From Candidatus Latescibacterota bacterium (GTDB lineage Bacteria > Latescibacterota > UBA2968), in NCBI GenBank assembly GCA_965208125.1, contig OZ242320.1, forward strand, positions 3,840,001 through 3,904,000: DNA of 64,000 bases, written 5' to 3'. Under the pieces are notes generated by a model. It saw only the letters and a program-made list of their open reading frames with translations. It had not been told where the DNA came from and did not search any database. Shown piece after piece: positions 39,625 through 50,074 of this stretch; position 1 is the first letter of the stretch, and each line of letters begins with the position of its first letter. The position numbers and the translations under genes were made by a program.

Positions 39625-41097
39625 ATGGCAGATAGACCCAATATCCTGGTGATCATGTCCGATCAGCACAGTAAATTCCACATCGGATGTTATGGCGATG
39701 AAGTGGTTCGAACCCCGCATATGGACCGGCTTGCTGCCGAAGGCATACGGTTCAACAACGCCTATTGCGCAGCACCGCTTTGCGTGCCCAGCCGGATGGC
39801 TTTTATGACATCCAGAACGCCCACCGCGAACCGCGTCTGGACAAATAGCCATATCCTCTCTTCTGCCATCCCCACCTGGGCACATGGCATGGGCGCAGCC
39901 GGCTATGAAACTGCCCTGATTGGACGCATGCACTTTGTTGGATCGGATCAGCGGCACGGATTTGAGCGACGGCCCATTGGCGAATGGGGTGCACATCACC
40001 CCGGTGTTTCTTTGCAGGGCGCTCCCCTGTTTCGCAAAATGCCTCTGGGTGTATCTGGGCAGAGCCGCGTGAGCGTAGAATATGCCGGTTATGGGATGTG
40101 TACCTATCAGGCGTATGATGACATGGTCGTTGCGTCTGCCCTTGATTATTTGGACGAGAAGGCCCATGATGGGAGAGATCGTCCCTTTGCCGCTGTGGCT
40201 GGCTTTGTTCTTCCGCACTGCCCCTATATCGCCGCTACAAAAGAACTTTTCGAATATTATTACGATAGGGTAGATGTTCCTCAGCCAACGCCGGAAGAGG
40301 CACAGAGAGCACCGGCGGCTATCCGCAAGCTGAAACGCCTGAGAGATCTGGACAGACCACTTCCCGAGGAATGCATTCGCGTGGCCCGGGCAGCCTATTT
40401 TGCCATGTGCGAGTACTTTGACAGCATCGTCGGCCAGATGCTCCAGAAGCTGGACGAGACGGGGCTGGCGGAAAACACGCTGGTCATCTACTGCTCTGAC
40501 CACGGCGAAATGGCAGGAGAACACGGACTGTGGTCCAAGAGCAATTACTACGAAGCATCAGTTTCCGTACCTCTCATTGTCCGTTTGCCCGGGGTTATCC
40601 CAGCGGGTGGAATCAGCGATAGTATCTGCAACCTCATGGATATTGGACCAACCCTGACCGAGGTGGCTGGCGCTCCTCCGATGCCTGCTACCGATGGACG
40701 TTCGCTGTGGCCCCAGATGTGCGGAGAAGACGATCCGAACTGGGTCGATGAAACCTTCAGTGAACATCTCTGGGAAGCCAACGAAGTGCCTTCTCGCATG
40801 ATCCGCAAGGGAGCATGGAAGCTCTACAAGTACAATGAGCCTACACCTCCAGCGCTTTTTAATCTGAAAGAAGACCCCGGAGAACTCAATGATTTGGGTC
40901 TGGACACGCGGTACCAGGATGTGCGAGAGAAGCTCTTGAAACGCCTCCACGAAGACTGGGATCCCGCAGATATCATCAGTGAAACAGCTATTCTGGATCG
41001 GGATTATCGCACCATTTCGGCATGGGGCCAGGCTGTCCAGCCCATACACGAAGACACTGTAGCCGTGCCGGATGTGGAAGACATCGAACTTCGATAG
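39625..41097 (+). CDS. Cys-type formylglycine sulfatase (choline-sulfatase-like), no signal peptide
   Basis: RPNILVIMSDQH, LCVPSR, GRMH and SDHGEM motifs; GGAGG RBS before ATG 39625. Confidence 0.9.
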   Translation: MADRPNILVIMSDQHSKFHIGCYGDEVVRTPHMDRLAAEGIRFNNAYCAAPLCVPSRMAFMTSRTPTANRVWTNSHILSSAIPTWAHGMGAAGYETALIGRMHFVGSDQRHGFERRPIGEWGAHHPGVSLQGAPLFRKMPLGVSGQSRVSVEYAGYGMCTYQAYDDMVVASALDYLDEKAHDGRDRPFAAVAGFVLPHCPYIAATKELFEYYYDRVDVPQPTPEEAQRAPAAIRKLKRLRDLDRPLPEECIRVARAAYFAMCEYFDSIVGQMLQKLDETGLAENTLVIYCSDHGEMAGEHGLWSKSNYYEASVSVPLIVRLPGVIPAGGISDSICNLMDIGPTLTEVAGAPPMPATDGRSLWPQMCGEDDPNWVDETFSEHLWEANEVPSRMIRKGAWKLYKYNEPTPPALFNLKEDPGELNDLGLDTRYQDVREKLLKRLHEDWDPADIISETAILDRDYRTISAWGQAVQPIHEDTVAVPDVEDIELR

Positions 41098-41126
41098 ATG
41101 GTGAATCCAAAATTAAGTGTGATCAC

Positions 41127-43115
41127 GTGTCCCAAACATTAGAAACTCCACGCGACCGTCAAGATCAGATGCCCGAATCTTCTCGAGATAGGGGGTTGAC
41201 CCTTCGCTCGGTACTCATTGGGCTTTGCTTTGCTGGTCTGGCAAATTTCTGGGTGACCTGGTCCGACTACATCATACATTCCTCGACATGGAACCTGAGC
41301 CATTTTCCGATGGTCAACTTTATTCTTTTTCTATTGTTGACCGTCTTTTCCGCTGTGGCCGGACGAGTGCTTGGCCCCCGGTTTTCGCTTGCACCTTCGG
41401 AATTGGCAACAGTAATGAGCATGGGGCTGGTCGGCAGTGTCGTGCCCACCAATGGATTCATCGGATATGTTCTCGGCATTCTGGCGACGCCGTATTATCT
41501 GGCGACGCCGGAAAACGGATGGGGTATCTATTTTCATCCCTACATTCCCGATTGGATGGCGCCATCAAACTCGGGCGATTCCATGCGGTATCTCTTTGAG
41601 GGATTGCCCGGTGGTATGCGGATTCCCTGGCAGGTCTGGATTGGTCCTCTTCTCTGGTGGCTGAGTTTTGCCGGGGGTATTGCCCTGGTCTCGGCCTGTA
41701 TTGTCGTATGCTTGAGAAAACAATGGACTGATTACGAACGCCTCGATTATCCCATCATCGGGGTAGGGATCGATATGGCAATGAGGTCGCGGGCTGTGGG
41801 TTGGTTACCGGAATATATGCACGGCCGCATTTTCTGGGGTGGATTCGCAGTTTCTTGTGGCATCGTTTGCTGGAATATTCCAGGCTACTTCATGCCCGGT
41901 ATTCCCGCTTTCCCGCTCTTGCCTCAGTGGTTTACCTTTGCAACCGGTTTTCCAACGATTGATTTCCACATCAGCTTTTTCGCCTTTGCCTTCGCCTTCT
42001 TTGTCAATCTCGAGGCCCTGTTCAGTGCCTGGTTCTTTTTTTTACTTTTCATTTTACAAAGCGGCGTTTTCAACCGGTTTGGGTACACCATAGGCACCCG
42101 TGGTGATCCCTGGTCCTCTCTAAATCCCGCAGTGGGTTGGCAAAGCTGGGGGGCGATGTGTTTTATCGTCTTCTGGGGACTCTGGGTTGGGCGAAATCAC
42201 ATCAAGCAAGTCTTCTACCAGGCCTTCCGTTCCGCCCAGGCTGGTCGTTCAGAAGAAATGATGTCCTACCGCATAGCTATTTTCGGGTTGGTCTTCGGAC
42301 TCGTATATGTGATCGGTTTTCTGCACCATGCGGGGATGAGCTATAAGATGGCCTTCATTCTGATTTTCTGTACTCTCGTCGGATACCTTGGTGTTGCCCG
42401 TATCGTAGCGGAGACGGGCCTTCTTTATGTCGTCGTACCGGTGACGGGCCAGTCGGCTACCATATATCTTCTGGGGTCATATGGTATGCCTCCAGAAAGC
42501 ATGACGGCCATGGTATTCTCCTATATGCTCGTTACCCGGGGGGCAGCTATGTTCATGCCTTCGTTCACGCAAATGGGCAAGCTCGCGGATCGAATTCCCC
42601 AGGTTCGACGAGGACTGATGTCGGCACTGGGTGGTGCGATCATTGCTGGAGTCGTGATTTCCATAGTGGTTACCTTCTATCTGGGATATAGCCAGGGCGC
42701 CTACAACTTCAACGTCTGGGTATTCGGTCTGGGAAGTCAGGTTCCCTTTATCGACACACTCACGAAAATCCGAACGCCCTTTTCCACGGACTGGAATCGC
42801 CTTTTTTTCTTTGGGATCGGAGTGGCTGTCTCTGCCTTGTTGACCTTTCTGCGTTACAGGTTTCCGGGGTGGCCCCTTTCTCCGATCGGCTTTCCGCTTT
42901 CCACCTCATGGCCAATGCGGAGGATCGGGTTCACAATTTTTCTGGCCTGGTTGGTAAAGGCACTGGTTATGAAGATCGGAGGCGTTGTCCTCTACAGGCG
43001 ATTTCAGCCCTTTGCGCTGGGTCTGGTTGTCGGTTGGGCTGTCGGTGTGGGAATATCTTTTGCGGTAGATATCATCTGGTTTCCCGGTCAAGGACACATG
43101 ATTCACTGGTATTGA
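41127..43115 (+). CDS. DUF6785/DUF6784-type polytopic membrane protein, copy 3
   Basis: Close paralogue of 36260-38248; start at GTG 41127 (or ATG 41169) by alignment. Confidence 0.8.
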   Translation: MSQTLETPRDRQDQMPESSRDRGLTLRSVLIGLCFAGLANFWVTWSDYIIHSSTWNLSHFPMVNFILFLLLTVFSAVAGRVLGPRFSLAPSELATVMSMGLVGSVVPTNGFIGYVLGILATPYYLATPENGWGIYFHPYIPDWMAPSNSGDSMRYLFEGLPGGMRIPWQVWIGPLLWWLSFAGGIALVSACIVVCLRKQWTDYERLDYPIIGVGIDMAMRSRAVGWLPEYMHGRIFWGGFAVSCGIVCWNIPGYFMPGIPAFPLLPQWFTFATGFPTIDFHISFFAFAFAFFVNLEALFSAWFFFLLFILQSGVFNRFGYTIGTRGDPWSSLNPAVGWQSWGAMCFIVFWGLWVGRNHIKQVFYQAFRSAQAGRSEEMMSYRIAIFGLVFGLVYVIGFLHHAGMSYKMAFILIFCTLVGYLGVARIVAETGLLYVVVPVTGQSATIYLLGSYGMPPESMTAMVFSYMLVTRGAAMFMPSFTQMGKLADRIPQVRRGLMSALGGAIIAGVVISIVVTFYLGYSQGAYNFNVWVFGLGSQVPFIDTLTKIRTPFSTDWNRLFFFGIGVAVSALLTFLRYRFPGWPLSPIGFPLSTSWPMRRIGFTIFLAWLVKALVMKIGGVVLYRRFQPFALGLVVGWAVGVGISFAVDIIWFPGQGHMIHWY

Positions 43116-43134
43116 GAGAGGAGGAGTCATATCA

Positions 43135-44565
43135 ATGGACTTATCAGGTTTTTTCATCGTGGCCCCATCTGTGGTCGGAATCGGCGAGCCGTTTGAGCTG
43201 AAGCTCAAGCTTCTCGGAGAGGTCCGGGAGATCCCTCCCGAATGCTTCCCTCTCAACCAGACCGAGCCGCAATTGAGCAGCCGGTACAACCTGTCTCCAA
43301 GGGGATTGGCTTTCAAGGACAACGTCCTGCCCGAATTCGAGGGTTCGATTGACCTTTCTGGCGGTGACGGCTATGAGGGGCCGGCTACATATACATTTGA
43401 AGGGGGCCGTCGGCCTATTGCCGCCATACCGGGAATCCGCTATACTCGGGAAGGCTTCCACTATATTACCGTCACGGCCAATGGAAAGCAGGCCCGCAGC
43501 AATCCCATTCGCGTCTGTCAGGATCCCCCGGTAGAACGCCTTTTCTGGGGAGACACCCACGCCCACACCATTTTTAGCGACGCTATTCGTTCTCCCGAGG
43601 AAGTCTATGGTTTTGCCCGCGACGAAGGATTTCTGGACCTGTTTTCAATGACTGATCACGCCGAAGCCCTGACAGATCGACAGTGGGACTACTTCGTCAG
43701 CGTCGCAAACGATCACTATGAACCGGGTCGATTTGCCACACTCGTGGCGCTTGAATGGACCAATTTCGAAGTCGGTCACAGAAACGTCTATTACCCGGGC
43801 GACTACGGTCCTATTCTTCGCGCTACGGACTCGCCCTATCAGGACCTGGAAGGTCTCTATCGAGCCGCCAGAGAGCACGGTGCCCTCCTCGTCCCGCACC
43901 ATTCGGCCAATACCCAGATGGGTGTCAAATGGCACGCGGGGCACGATCCCGAAATGGAACGCCTTGTAGAAATTCACTCTGTGTGGGCATGCAGCGAAAG
44001 GGCCGAACACCAGGGCAACCCCTATCCCATCCGGGTTCAGGGCGGTGAAACAGACGGTCAGCACGTCATTGATGCTCTGAATTTGGGCTACCGGTTCGGC
44101 ATCATTGGTAGCGGAGACATCCACGATGGAAGGCCAGGAGACGACCTTTCCAGCCTGCAAAACATGGCGCAATCCCACCTCACCGCACGGCAGGGCATCA
44201 TGGGTTTCTGGGCGAAGGAACTCACCCGTGAAGCCGCATTCGAAGCTATGTGGAACCGCCGCGTTTTTGGTACCATGAATGTCCGCGTGTACCTCCGCTT
44301 CGAAGTCTGTGGTGCTTTTATGGGATCCACCGTCAGGCACGACGGTCCCCGTCAGATCCGTCTGGAAGCTGCCAGCGAGTCCCCCTTTACGCTTATTGAG
44401 ATTGTGCGGAACGGCGAAACCATCCAGAAGATTGAACCCGGCGAATGCGAAATTCTCTGGGATACGCAAGACGGAGGCTCGGGCGGCATGGACTACTACT
44501 ATGGTCGTCTCATGCGAGAAGACGGTCAAATGGCCTGGTCCAGCCCGGTGTGGGTCGAGCCCTGA
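43135..44565 (+). CDS. PHP-fold metallohydrolase (DUF3604/CehA-McbA-like)
   Basis: WGDTHAHTIFSD, TDH, EWT, PHH, EIHS, SGDIH and AWSSPVWV motifs. Confidence 0.8.
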   Translation: MDLSGFFIVAPSVVGIGEPFELKLKLLGEVREIPPECFPLNQTEPQLSSRYNLSPRGLAFKDNVLPEFEGSIDLSGGDGYEGPATYTFEGGRRPIAAIPGIRYTREGFHYITVTANGKQARSNPIRVCQDPPVERLFWGDTHAHTIFSDAIRSPEEVYGFARDEGFLDLFSMTDHAEALTDRQWDYFVSVANDHYEPGRFATLVALEWTNFEVGHRNVYYPGDYGPILRATDSPYQDLEGLYRAAREHGALLVPHHSANTQMGVKWHAGHDPEMERLVEIHSVWACSERAEHQGNPYPIRVQGGETDGQHVIDALNLGYRFGIIGSGDIHDGRPGDDLSSLQNMAQSHLTARQGIMGFWAKELTREAAFEAMWNRRVFGTMNVRVYLRFEVCGAFMGSTVRHDGPRQIRLEAASESPFTLIEIVRNGETIQKIEPGECEILWDTQDGGSGGMDYYYGRLMREDGQMAWSSPVWVEP

Positions 44566-44594
44566 TTCGCTCTGTGCGGCCTATGGAGAAAATC

Positions 44595-46091
44595 ATGGAT
44601 AGAGTGATCATTGCAGAGTGCAAGCAAGAAGTCTCGACGTTTAATCCCGTGCCCAGCCAGTACGACGATTTTCGAATCGTACGTGGGCCTGATATGCTCG
44701 ATTTCCATCGCGGCGTCGGTCACGAAGTCGGCGGTGCTCTGAGCGTTTTGGACCGAGAAGAGGCGCTTCTCCTCGTGCCCACATACGGAGCGTGTGCGAA
44801 TACGTCTGGAGGTGTGCTTTCAAAAGGCGGATTTGACCGCCTGAGCGATGAGTTTCTCGAAAGTATCCGGGATGTCGGTGAGGTGGATGGAGCTTATTTC
44901 TCGCTTCACGGTGCCATGCAGGCCGAGAGCGAAAATGATCCCGAAGGCTACTTGCTACAGGAAGCCCGCCGCATTCTCGGTGACCAGATTCCGATTGTGG
45001 TATCCCTGGACCTGCACGGTATCCTCACTGATCGGATGCTCGAGCACTGTGATGCCGTCGTTACGTACCACACCTATCCGCATATTGACTTTGTTGAAAC
45101 AGGAAAGCGCGCGGCCTTTCTGTTGATCAAGATGCTGGATGGAAACATCCGTCCTGTGACTGCAAGAGTCAAGATCCCGGCGCTGGTGCGTGGCGATGAA
45201 ATGATTACTGAGACCGGGGCGATTCGAGAATGTATTCAACTGGCGAAGCAGATCGAAGCCAGCGAAGCGGGTCTTTCTGCGGGCGTGATGTGGGGAAACC
45301 CGTTCACCGATGTTCCGGAGCTTCGAACAAATAGTATCGTTGTCATGGATGGCGATGAAGTTGCCGCCATCCAATACGCGGTAGATCTGGCAAACCGGTT
45401 CTGGAAGCATCACGAAAAGATGCAGGTGCCTCTGACGGGTCTCGAAGAAAGCGTCCGGCTCGCTGCAGAAGTCGATTCTGGAACCGTCGTCATGATGGAT
45501 GCAGCCGACGCGACCAGTTCTGGCGCATCGGGTGATAGCAATGCCATTGTGCGAGAACTGATGTGTCAGAGATATTCCGGGATGGTCCTTGCACCGGTCG
45601 TGGATCCCGCTGCCGTCCAGAAAGCTTTCGACGCGGGCATAGGCGCCACCATCCGCACTACCGTAGGCGGCGTGTTCGACAGGGCCAGGTACGAACCACT
45701 AAAGATAGAGGCCAGGGTTCACCTGCTTTCAGATGGCGTTTTTCGCAGCGAGACCTTCGGCTGGCACTGGAATTCGGGAAATACCGCCGTTCTCAAGGTG
45801 GATAATTATACTCTTGTGGTCGGTACAAGGCCAGTCAGCCTGTTTGACCGATCGTGGTTTTACGCTCATGGGCAGGATCCGAAGAAATTCGACCTGGTTG
45901 TCGTAAAGTCGCCTCATTGCGAGCCCCACATGTTCGCCGACTGGTGCGCGAAGTTGATTAATGTTGACGCTCCCGGGGCGACAAGCGCGAACTTGCAGAG
46001 CCTTGGACATACGATTTGTAATCGACCGGTCTTTCCGCTGGATGATGTCATGGCATTTTCTCCGAAAGCGGATGTATTCCGTCGGAATTGA
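44595..46091 (+). CDS. M81 (MlrC) family metallopeptidase
   Basis: QEVSTF, LHGAM, DPEG, LDLHG, YPHID and VVKS motifs; GGAG RBS before ATG 44595. Confidence 0.88.
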   Translation: MDRVIIAECKQEVSTFNPVPSQYDDFRIVRGPDMLDFHRGVGHEVGGALSVLDREEALLLVPTYGACANTSGGVLSKGGFDRLSDEFLESIRDVGEVDGAYFSLHGAMQAESENDPEGYLLQEARRILGDQIPIVVSLDLHGILTDRMLEHCDAVVTYHTYPHIDFVETGKRAAFLLIKMLDGNIRPVTARVKIPALVRGDEMITETGAIRECIQLAKQIEASEAGLSAGVMWGNPFTDVPELRTNSIVVMDGDEVAAIQYAVDLANRFWKHHEKMQVPLTGLEESVRLAAEVDSGTVVMMDAADATSSGASGDSNAIVRELMCQRYSGMVLAPVVDPAAVQKAFDAGIGATIRTTVGGVFDRARYEPLKIEARVHLLSDGVFRSETFGWHWNSGNTAVLKVDNYTLVVGTRPVSLFDRSWFYAHGQDPKKFDLVVVKSPHCEPHMFADWCAKLINVDAPGATSANLQSLGHTICNRPVFPLDDVMAFSPKADVFRRN

Positions 46092-46174
46092 ATAGGAATG
46101 ATCATCACTAAATTATATATATTGGATCACCCTCGCTTCCATCCAGCATTGGGACTGATACAGAAAGAACGCCT

Positions 46175-47905
46175 ATGCCACACGCCAACCAGATTGATCC
46201 CATCCGATTTGAGGTCATCCGCAATGCGCTGTCCGAAGCCACGGAAGAAATGGCGATTGCCCTGCGCCGCAGTGCCTACTCCACCAATATTAAAACCCGA
46301 GCCGACTTCTCCTGTGTCCTTTTTGACAGCCGGGTTCGGGTCGTCGCTCAGGCTTTCGCGCAGCCCGTCCATCTCGGCTCCCTGTCCTTACTTGTACCCA
46401 GGATGGTGGAAGCATACGGGGCTGAAAATCTGGGTCCCGGTGACGCTATCCTGGCCAACGATCCCTACCTGGGTGGCGTACACCTGAATGACATCACCCT
46501 CATTTCACCAGTATATTACAACAACACTTGCCTGGGGTATGTTGCCAACCTGGCTCACCATGTAGATGTAGGTGGAGGGGCCCCCGCGAGCATTGGTGCT
46601 TTCAGGGAAGTGTTTCAGGAGGGCGTCATCATTCCGCCAGTCAAGCTCGTTGAGCGGGGCGAACTCGTCCCCAATATCTTCGATCTCATCCTCGCGCAAA
46701 TTCGTTCGAAACGCGAAATGGCAGGCGATCTGCGTGCCCAAATCGCAGCCAATAACACAGGCGTTCGCCGTTTATGTGCCCTCGCCGATCGCATAGGTGG
46801 CGACACGGTGTCGTTCTACATTCGCGAATTGATTGCCTACACGGAACGGCGCACGCGCGTGGAAATTAGAAATTTGCCGAATGGCGATTTTTCGGCCGAT
46901 GGGCAGGTGGATAACGACGGTTTTACGGACCGGCCAGTACACCTTGCCGCGCGAATCAGCATTCAGGATGATCAGATATGCTTTGATTTTACCGGCTCTG
47001 ACGTTCAGCGTAGCGCACCGGTGAATTCAACCGTAGCGATGACTTTTTCCGCCTGTGCCTATGTTCTCAAGTGCCTCATTGACCCGGATGTGCCAGTTAA
47101 TGCGGGTTTCTATAATACGGTTCAAATGGTTGCGCCAGAGGGAACGGTTGTCAACTGTTCTCCCCACGCACCGGTTGTCGGAGGCTGGGAGACCCAATTA
47201 CGGCTAACAGATGTCATATTGAGGGCCCTGGCTCCCGCATTTCCCGATCACATTCCAGCAGGTAGTAAAGCCATGGTATGTCATGCGGGATTCGGCGGAA
47301 TTATCGCCAGCACAGGCGAGTATTACTGCTTTTTGGAAACCCTGGCCGGTGGCTATGGTGGTCGTGCCGCGAGCGATGGGCCGGACGCCGTTCAGACTCA
47401 TGGGCAGAACACCGAAAACGCACCCATTGAGGAGACAGAAATCAACTACCCGGTACGCATCGCGCGCTACGAACTGGTTGAGAACTCCGAAGGCCCTGGT
47501 AAATTTCGGGGCGGATTGGGCCTCCGGCGTGACTACCTCTTCCCCGATCATGAAGCCTCCTTCACCATCCTCGCTGATCGCGACAGGAAGGGCCCCGGGG
47601 GCCTTTTCGGCGGCAAACCTGGCCGCACGGCCAGTTATTTTCTCAATTCGAATGGAAAAACCGTCCGACTTGGTTCGAAAACTACCGTCCAGCTTCAACC
47701 GGGAGATATTGTCAGCTATCGCACCTGCGGTGGCGGCGGCTACGGTCTGCCCGCGGATCGGGATCCCGAACGCGTGTTGCGCGACGTGCGAAACGGTATG
47801 GTCAGCCGGGAGCGAGCAAGGGAGATCTACCGAACGGAGATCGATACGGAGGCCTGGCGTGTGAACGATGGAGAAACGATGAGGTTGCGGAGCGAGATTA
47901 CCTGA
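46175..47905 (+). CDS. Hydantoinase B/oxoprolinase beta subunit
   Basis: DPIRFEV, DFS, NDPY.GG.HLND, HHVDVGG, EG and GGGGYG motifs. Confidence 0.92.
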   Translation: MPHANQIDPIRFEVIRNALSEATEEMAIALRRSAYSTNIKTRADFSCVLFDSRVRVVAQAFAQPVHLGSLSLLVPRMVEAYGAENLGPGDAILANDPYLGGVHLNDITLISPVYYNNTCLGYVANLAHHVDVGGGAPASIGAFREVFQEGVIIPPVKLVERGELVPNIFDLILAQIRSKREMAGDLRAQIAANNTGVRRLCALADRIGGDTVSFYIRELIAYTERRTRVEIRNLPNGDFSADGQVDNDGFTDRPVHLAARISIQDDQICFDFTGSDVQRSAPVNSTVAMTFSACAYVLKCLIDPDVPVNAGFYNTVQMVAPEGTVVNCSPHAPVVGGWETQLRLTDVILRALAPAFPDHIPAGSKAMVCHAGFGGIIASTGEYYCFLETLAGGYGGRAASDGPDAVQTHGQNTENAPIEETEINYPVRIARYELVENSEGPGKFRGGLGLRRDYLFPDHEASFTILADRDRKGPGGLFGGKPGRTASYFLNSNGKTVRLGSKTTVQLQPGDIVSYRTCGGGGYGLPADRDPERVLRDVRNGMVSRERAREIYRTEIDTEAWRVNDGETMRLRSEIT

Positions 47906-47935
47906 TCATCCACCCGGTTCTGGAGGAACATAAGA

Positions 47936-50023
47936 ATGGCGTACCGGCTGGGCATTGACACTGGTGGAACATTCACAGATGCAACGCTCATCGATGAAGA
48001 AACTGGAGACATCCGCGTCGGCAAGGTGTCGTCCACACCGGGGGACCCTTCTCTCGGATTTATGGAAGCCACCCGTCGAATTCTGGGCGAATCAGAAATT
48101 GAACCGAATGAAGTGGGCTATATCGTACACGGAACCACAGTGGTCACCAATGCAATTATCGAAGGCAAAACCGCTCGGACGGGTTTTATCACCACCGGTG
48201 GCTTCCGCGATCTGCTTGAAATCGCGCGCCAGATCCGTCCGTCGCTTTACGACCTGCAGTTTGAAAAGCCCCGGCCGCTGGTACCGCGCTACCTCTGCTT
48301 CGGTGTGCCGGAGCGTCTGGATGCAAGGGGAAAAATTCTCGAACCTCTCGATGAAAAGGCCGTTTCCGCCGCGGCGAGCCAACTGCGCCGGGAGGCTGTG
48401 GAATCGATCGCGGTCTGCCTGCTTCACGCCTACACCAATCCCACCCACGAGCAGCGAGTCGAAGAGATCCTGAGGAGGGACTTTCCCGAAGCGATGGTGT
48501 CGCTGTCTTCGGAAGTATCACCGGAATTCAGGGAGTATTTTCGGGCCAGCACCACCGTCATCAACGCCTGTATCCGGCCTATTGCTGCGCGCTATTTGGA
48601 AAATATCCAGACTCGGTTGCGAGAAGAAGGGTTAACGGCGCAACTTTTGGTGATGCAAAGCAGTGGGGGAGTTCTGACCTTTGGAGCGGCAGCTAAAAAA
48701 CCAGTTTTTCTCGTCGAATCAGGTCCCGCAGCCGGGGTGATCGCAGCTACCTATCTGGGCGATACACTGGGCCATCCCAATGTGATCTCTTTTGACATGG
48801 GCGGAACAACGGCCAAAGCGGGCCTCGTACAGGATGGGCGGCCTCAGGTGACCATGGATTACGAGGTCGGGGCTACTGCTCAGGCGGGTGCTGGTGGGGC
48901 AAGAGGCGGGGGATATCCCATCCGCACGCCTGTCATTGATCTGGTGGAAATTGGCGCTGGTGGGGGGTCAATCGCCTGGGTAGATCCGGGTGGTGTGTTG
49001 CGGGTGGGACCACATAGCGCGGGAGCCGATCCCGGCCCGGTGTGCTACGGAAAGGGCGGCGAAGATCCCACGATCACCGATGCCAACCTGGTGCTGGGGC
49101 GCCTCAACCCGGATTATTTTTTGGGCGGTGAGATCGCACTGGACGCGGAAGCCGCTCGAATGGCGATTCAGCAGAAATGCGCTGACCCGCTGGGATTGGA
49201 TTCCGTAGAAGCCGCCTACGGGATTGTGGAAATCGCCAACGCGGCCATGGTCAACGCCCTCCGGCTGGTTTCTGTTCAGCGGGGATACGATCCGAGAGAA
49301 TTCGTGTTGGTGGCCTTCGGCGGGGCAGGCCCGGTACATGCCTGCCGCCTGATGGCAGAAATGGAGATTCCGACTATCCTGATTCCGATGAGTCCGGGAA
49401 CCACTTCGGCGATGGGTCTGCTCGTGACAGATCTCAAGCACGACTATTCGACAACATTTATATGTCAGGTAGATAAGCTGGATCTCAAAAAGGTGGCGAC
49501 GGCATTCCGCAATATGGAACAACAGGGGAGAGCGATACTGGAGGAAGAAGGGGTGCAGGACAAGGACAAGGACTTCCTGCGCCAGGTAGATATGCGCTAT
49601 GTAGGCCAGAGCTATGAATTGACCGTGCCGCTTTCCGAAACTGAATTCACACCAGCCGGGATTGAAGCCCTGCTGATCTACTTTCATCGGGAACACGACC
49701 GGGCCTACGGATACAGCGCTCCTGAAGAACCTGCGGAATTTGTCAATCTCCGTCTTTCAGCAATCGGCCGAATCGCAAAACCCCGACTCCGTAGCCTTGA
49801 TTCAAATTCAGACGCTCCGGCTCTCAAAACCAGCCGCCCCGTTTACTTTGCCGAGCGCAATGGATTTGTGGATTGTCCGATTTACGACCGCTATACCCTC
49901 GCCGCGGGGAATATTTTGGATGGCCCTGCGATCATTGAAGAAATAGATTCCACGAGCGTTATCCACCCCGGGTACCGGGGAACCGTAGATACGTACGGGA
50001 ACCTGATTTTGACCCGGGAATGA
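47936..50023 (+). CDS. Hydantoinase A/oxoprolinase ATP-binding subunit
   Basis: GIDTGGTFTD, HGTT, SGPAAG, DMGGTT, GAGGGSIA and FGGAGP motifs. Confidence 0.93.
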   Translation: MAYRLGIDTGGTFTDATLIDEETGDIRVGKVSSTPGDPSLGFMEATRRILGESEIEPNEVGYIVHGTTVVTNAIIEGKTARTGFITTGGFRDLLEIARQIRPSLYDLQFEKPRPLVPRYLCFGVPERLDARGKILEPLDEKAVSAAASQLRREAVESIAVCLLHAYTNPTHEQRVEEILRRDFPEAMVSLSSEVSPEFREYFRASTTVINACIRPIAARYLENIQTRLREEGLTAQLLVMQSSGGVLTFGAAAKKPVFLVESGPAAGVIAATYLGDTLGHPNVISFDMGGTTAKAGLVQDGRPQVTMDYEVGATAQAGAGGARGGGYPIRTPVIDLVEIGAGGGSIAWVDPGGVLRVGPHSAGADPGPVCYGKGGEDPTITDANLVLGRLNPDYFLGGEIALDAEAARMAIQQKCADPLGLDSVEAAYGIVEIANAAMVNALRLVSVQRGYDPREFVLVAFGGAGPVHACRLMAEMEIPTILIPMSPGTTSAMGLLVTDLKHDYSTTFICQVDKLDLKKVATAFRNMEQQGRAILEEEGVQDKDKDFLRQVDMRYVGQSYELTVPLSETEFTPAGIEALLIYFHREHDRAYGYSAPEEPAEFVNLRLSAIGRIAKPRLRSLDSNSDAPALKTSRPVYFAERNGFVDCPIYDRYTLAAGNILDGPAIIEEIDSTSVIHPGYRGTVDTYGNLILTRE

Positions 50024-50074
50024 CCCGGACGTCTCCGGATACAGAGCAGAGCGAGAATTCTGGAATACACTGAT

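Noticed and set aside
39577-44594. Longer ORF-track starts (39577, 41022, 44445; also 3747, 7002, 11485, 18184, 59885)
   Set aside because: They overlap upstream genes or lack an RBS; downstream starts fit RBS position and paralogue alignment better
44595-46091. Microcystin degradation (mlr) cluster
   Set aside because: M81 proteins are widespread; no mlrB/mlrD nearby, and the CPBP gene is 20 kb away in another unit
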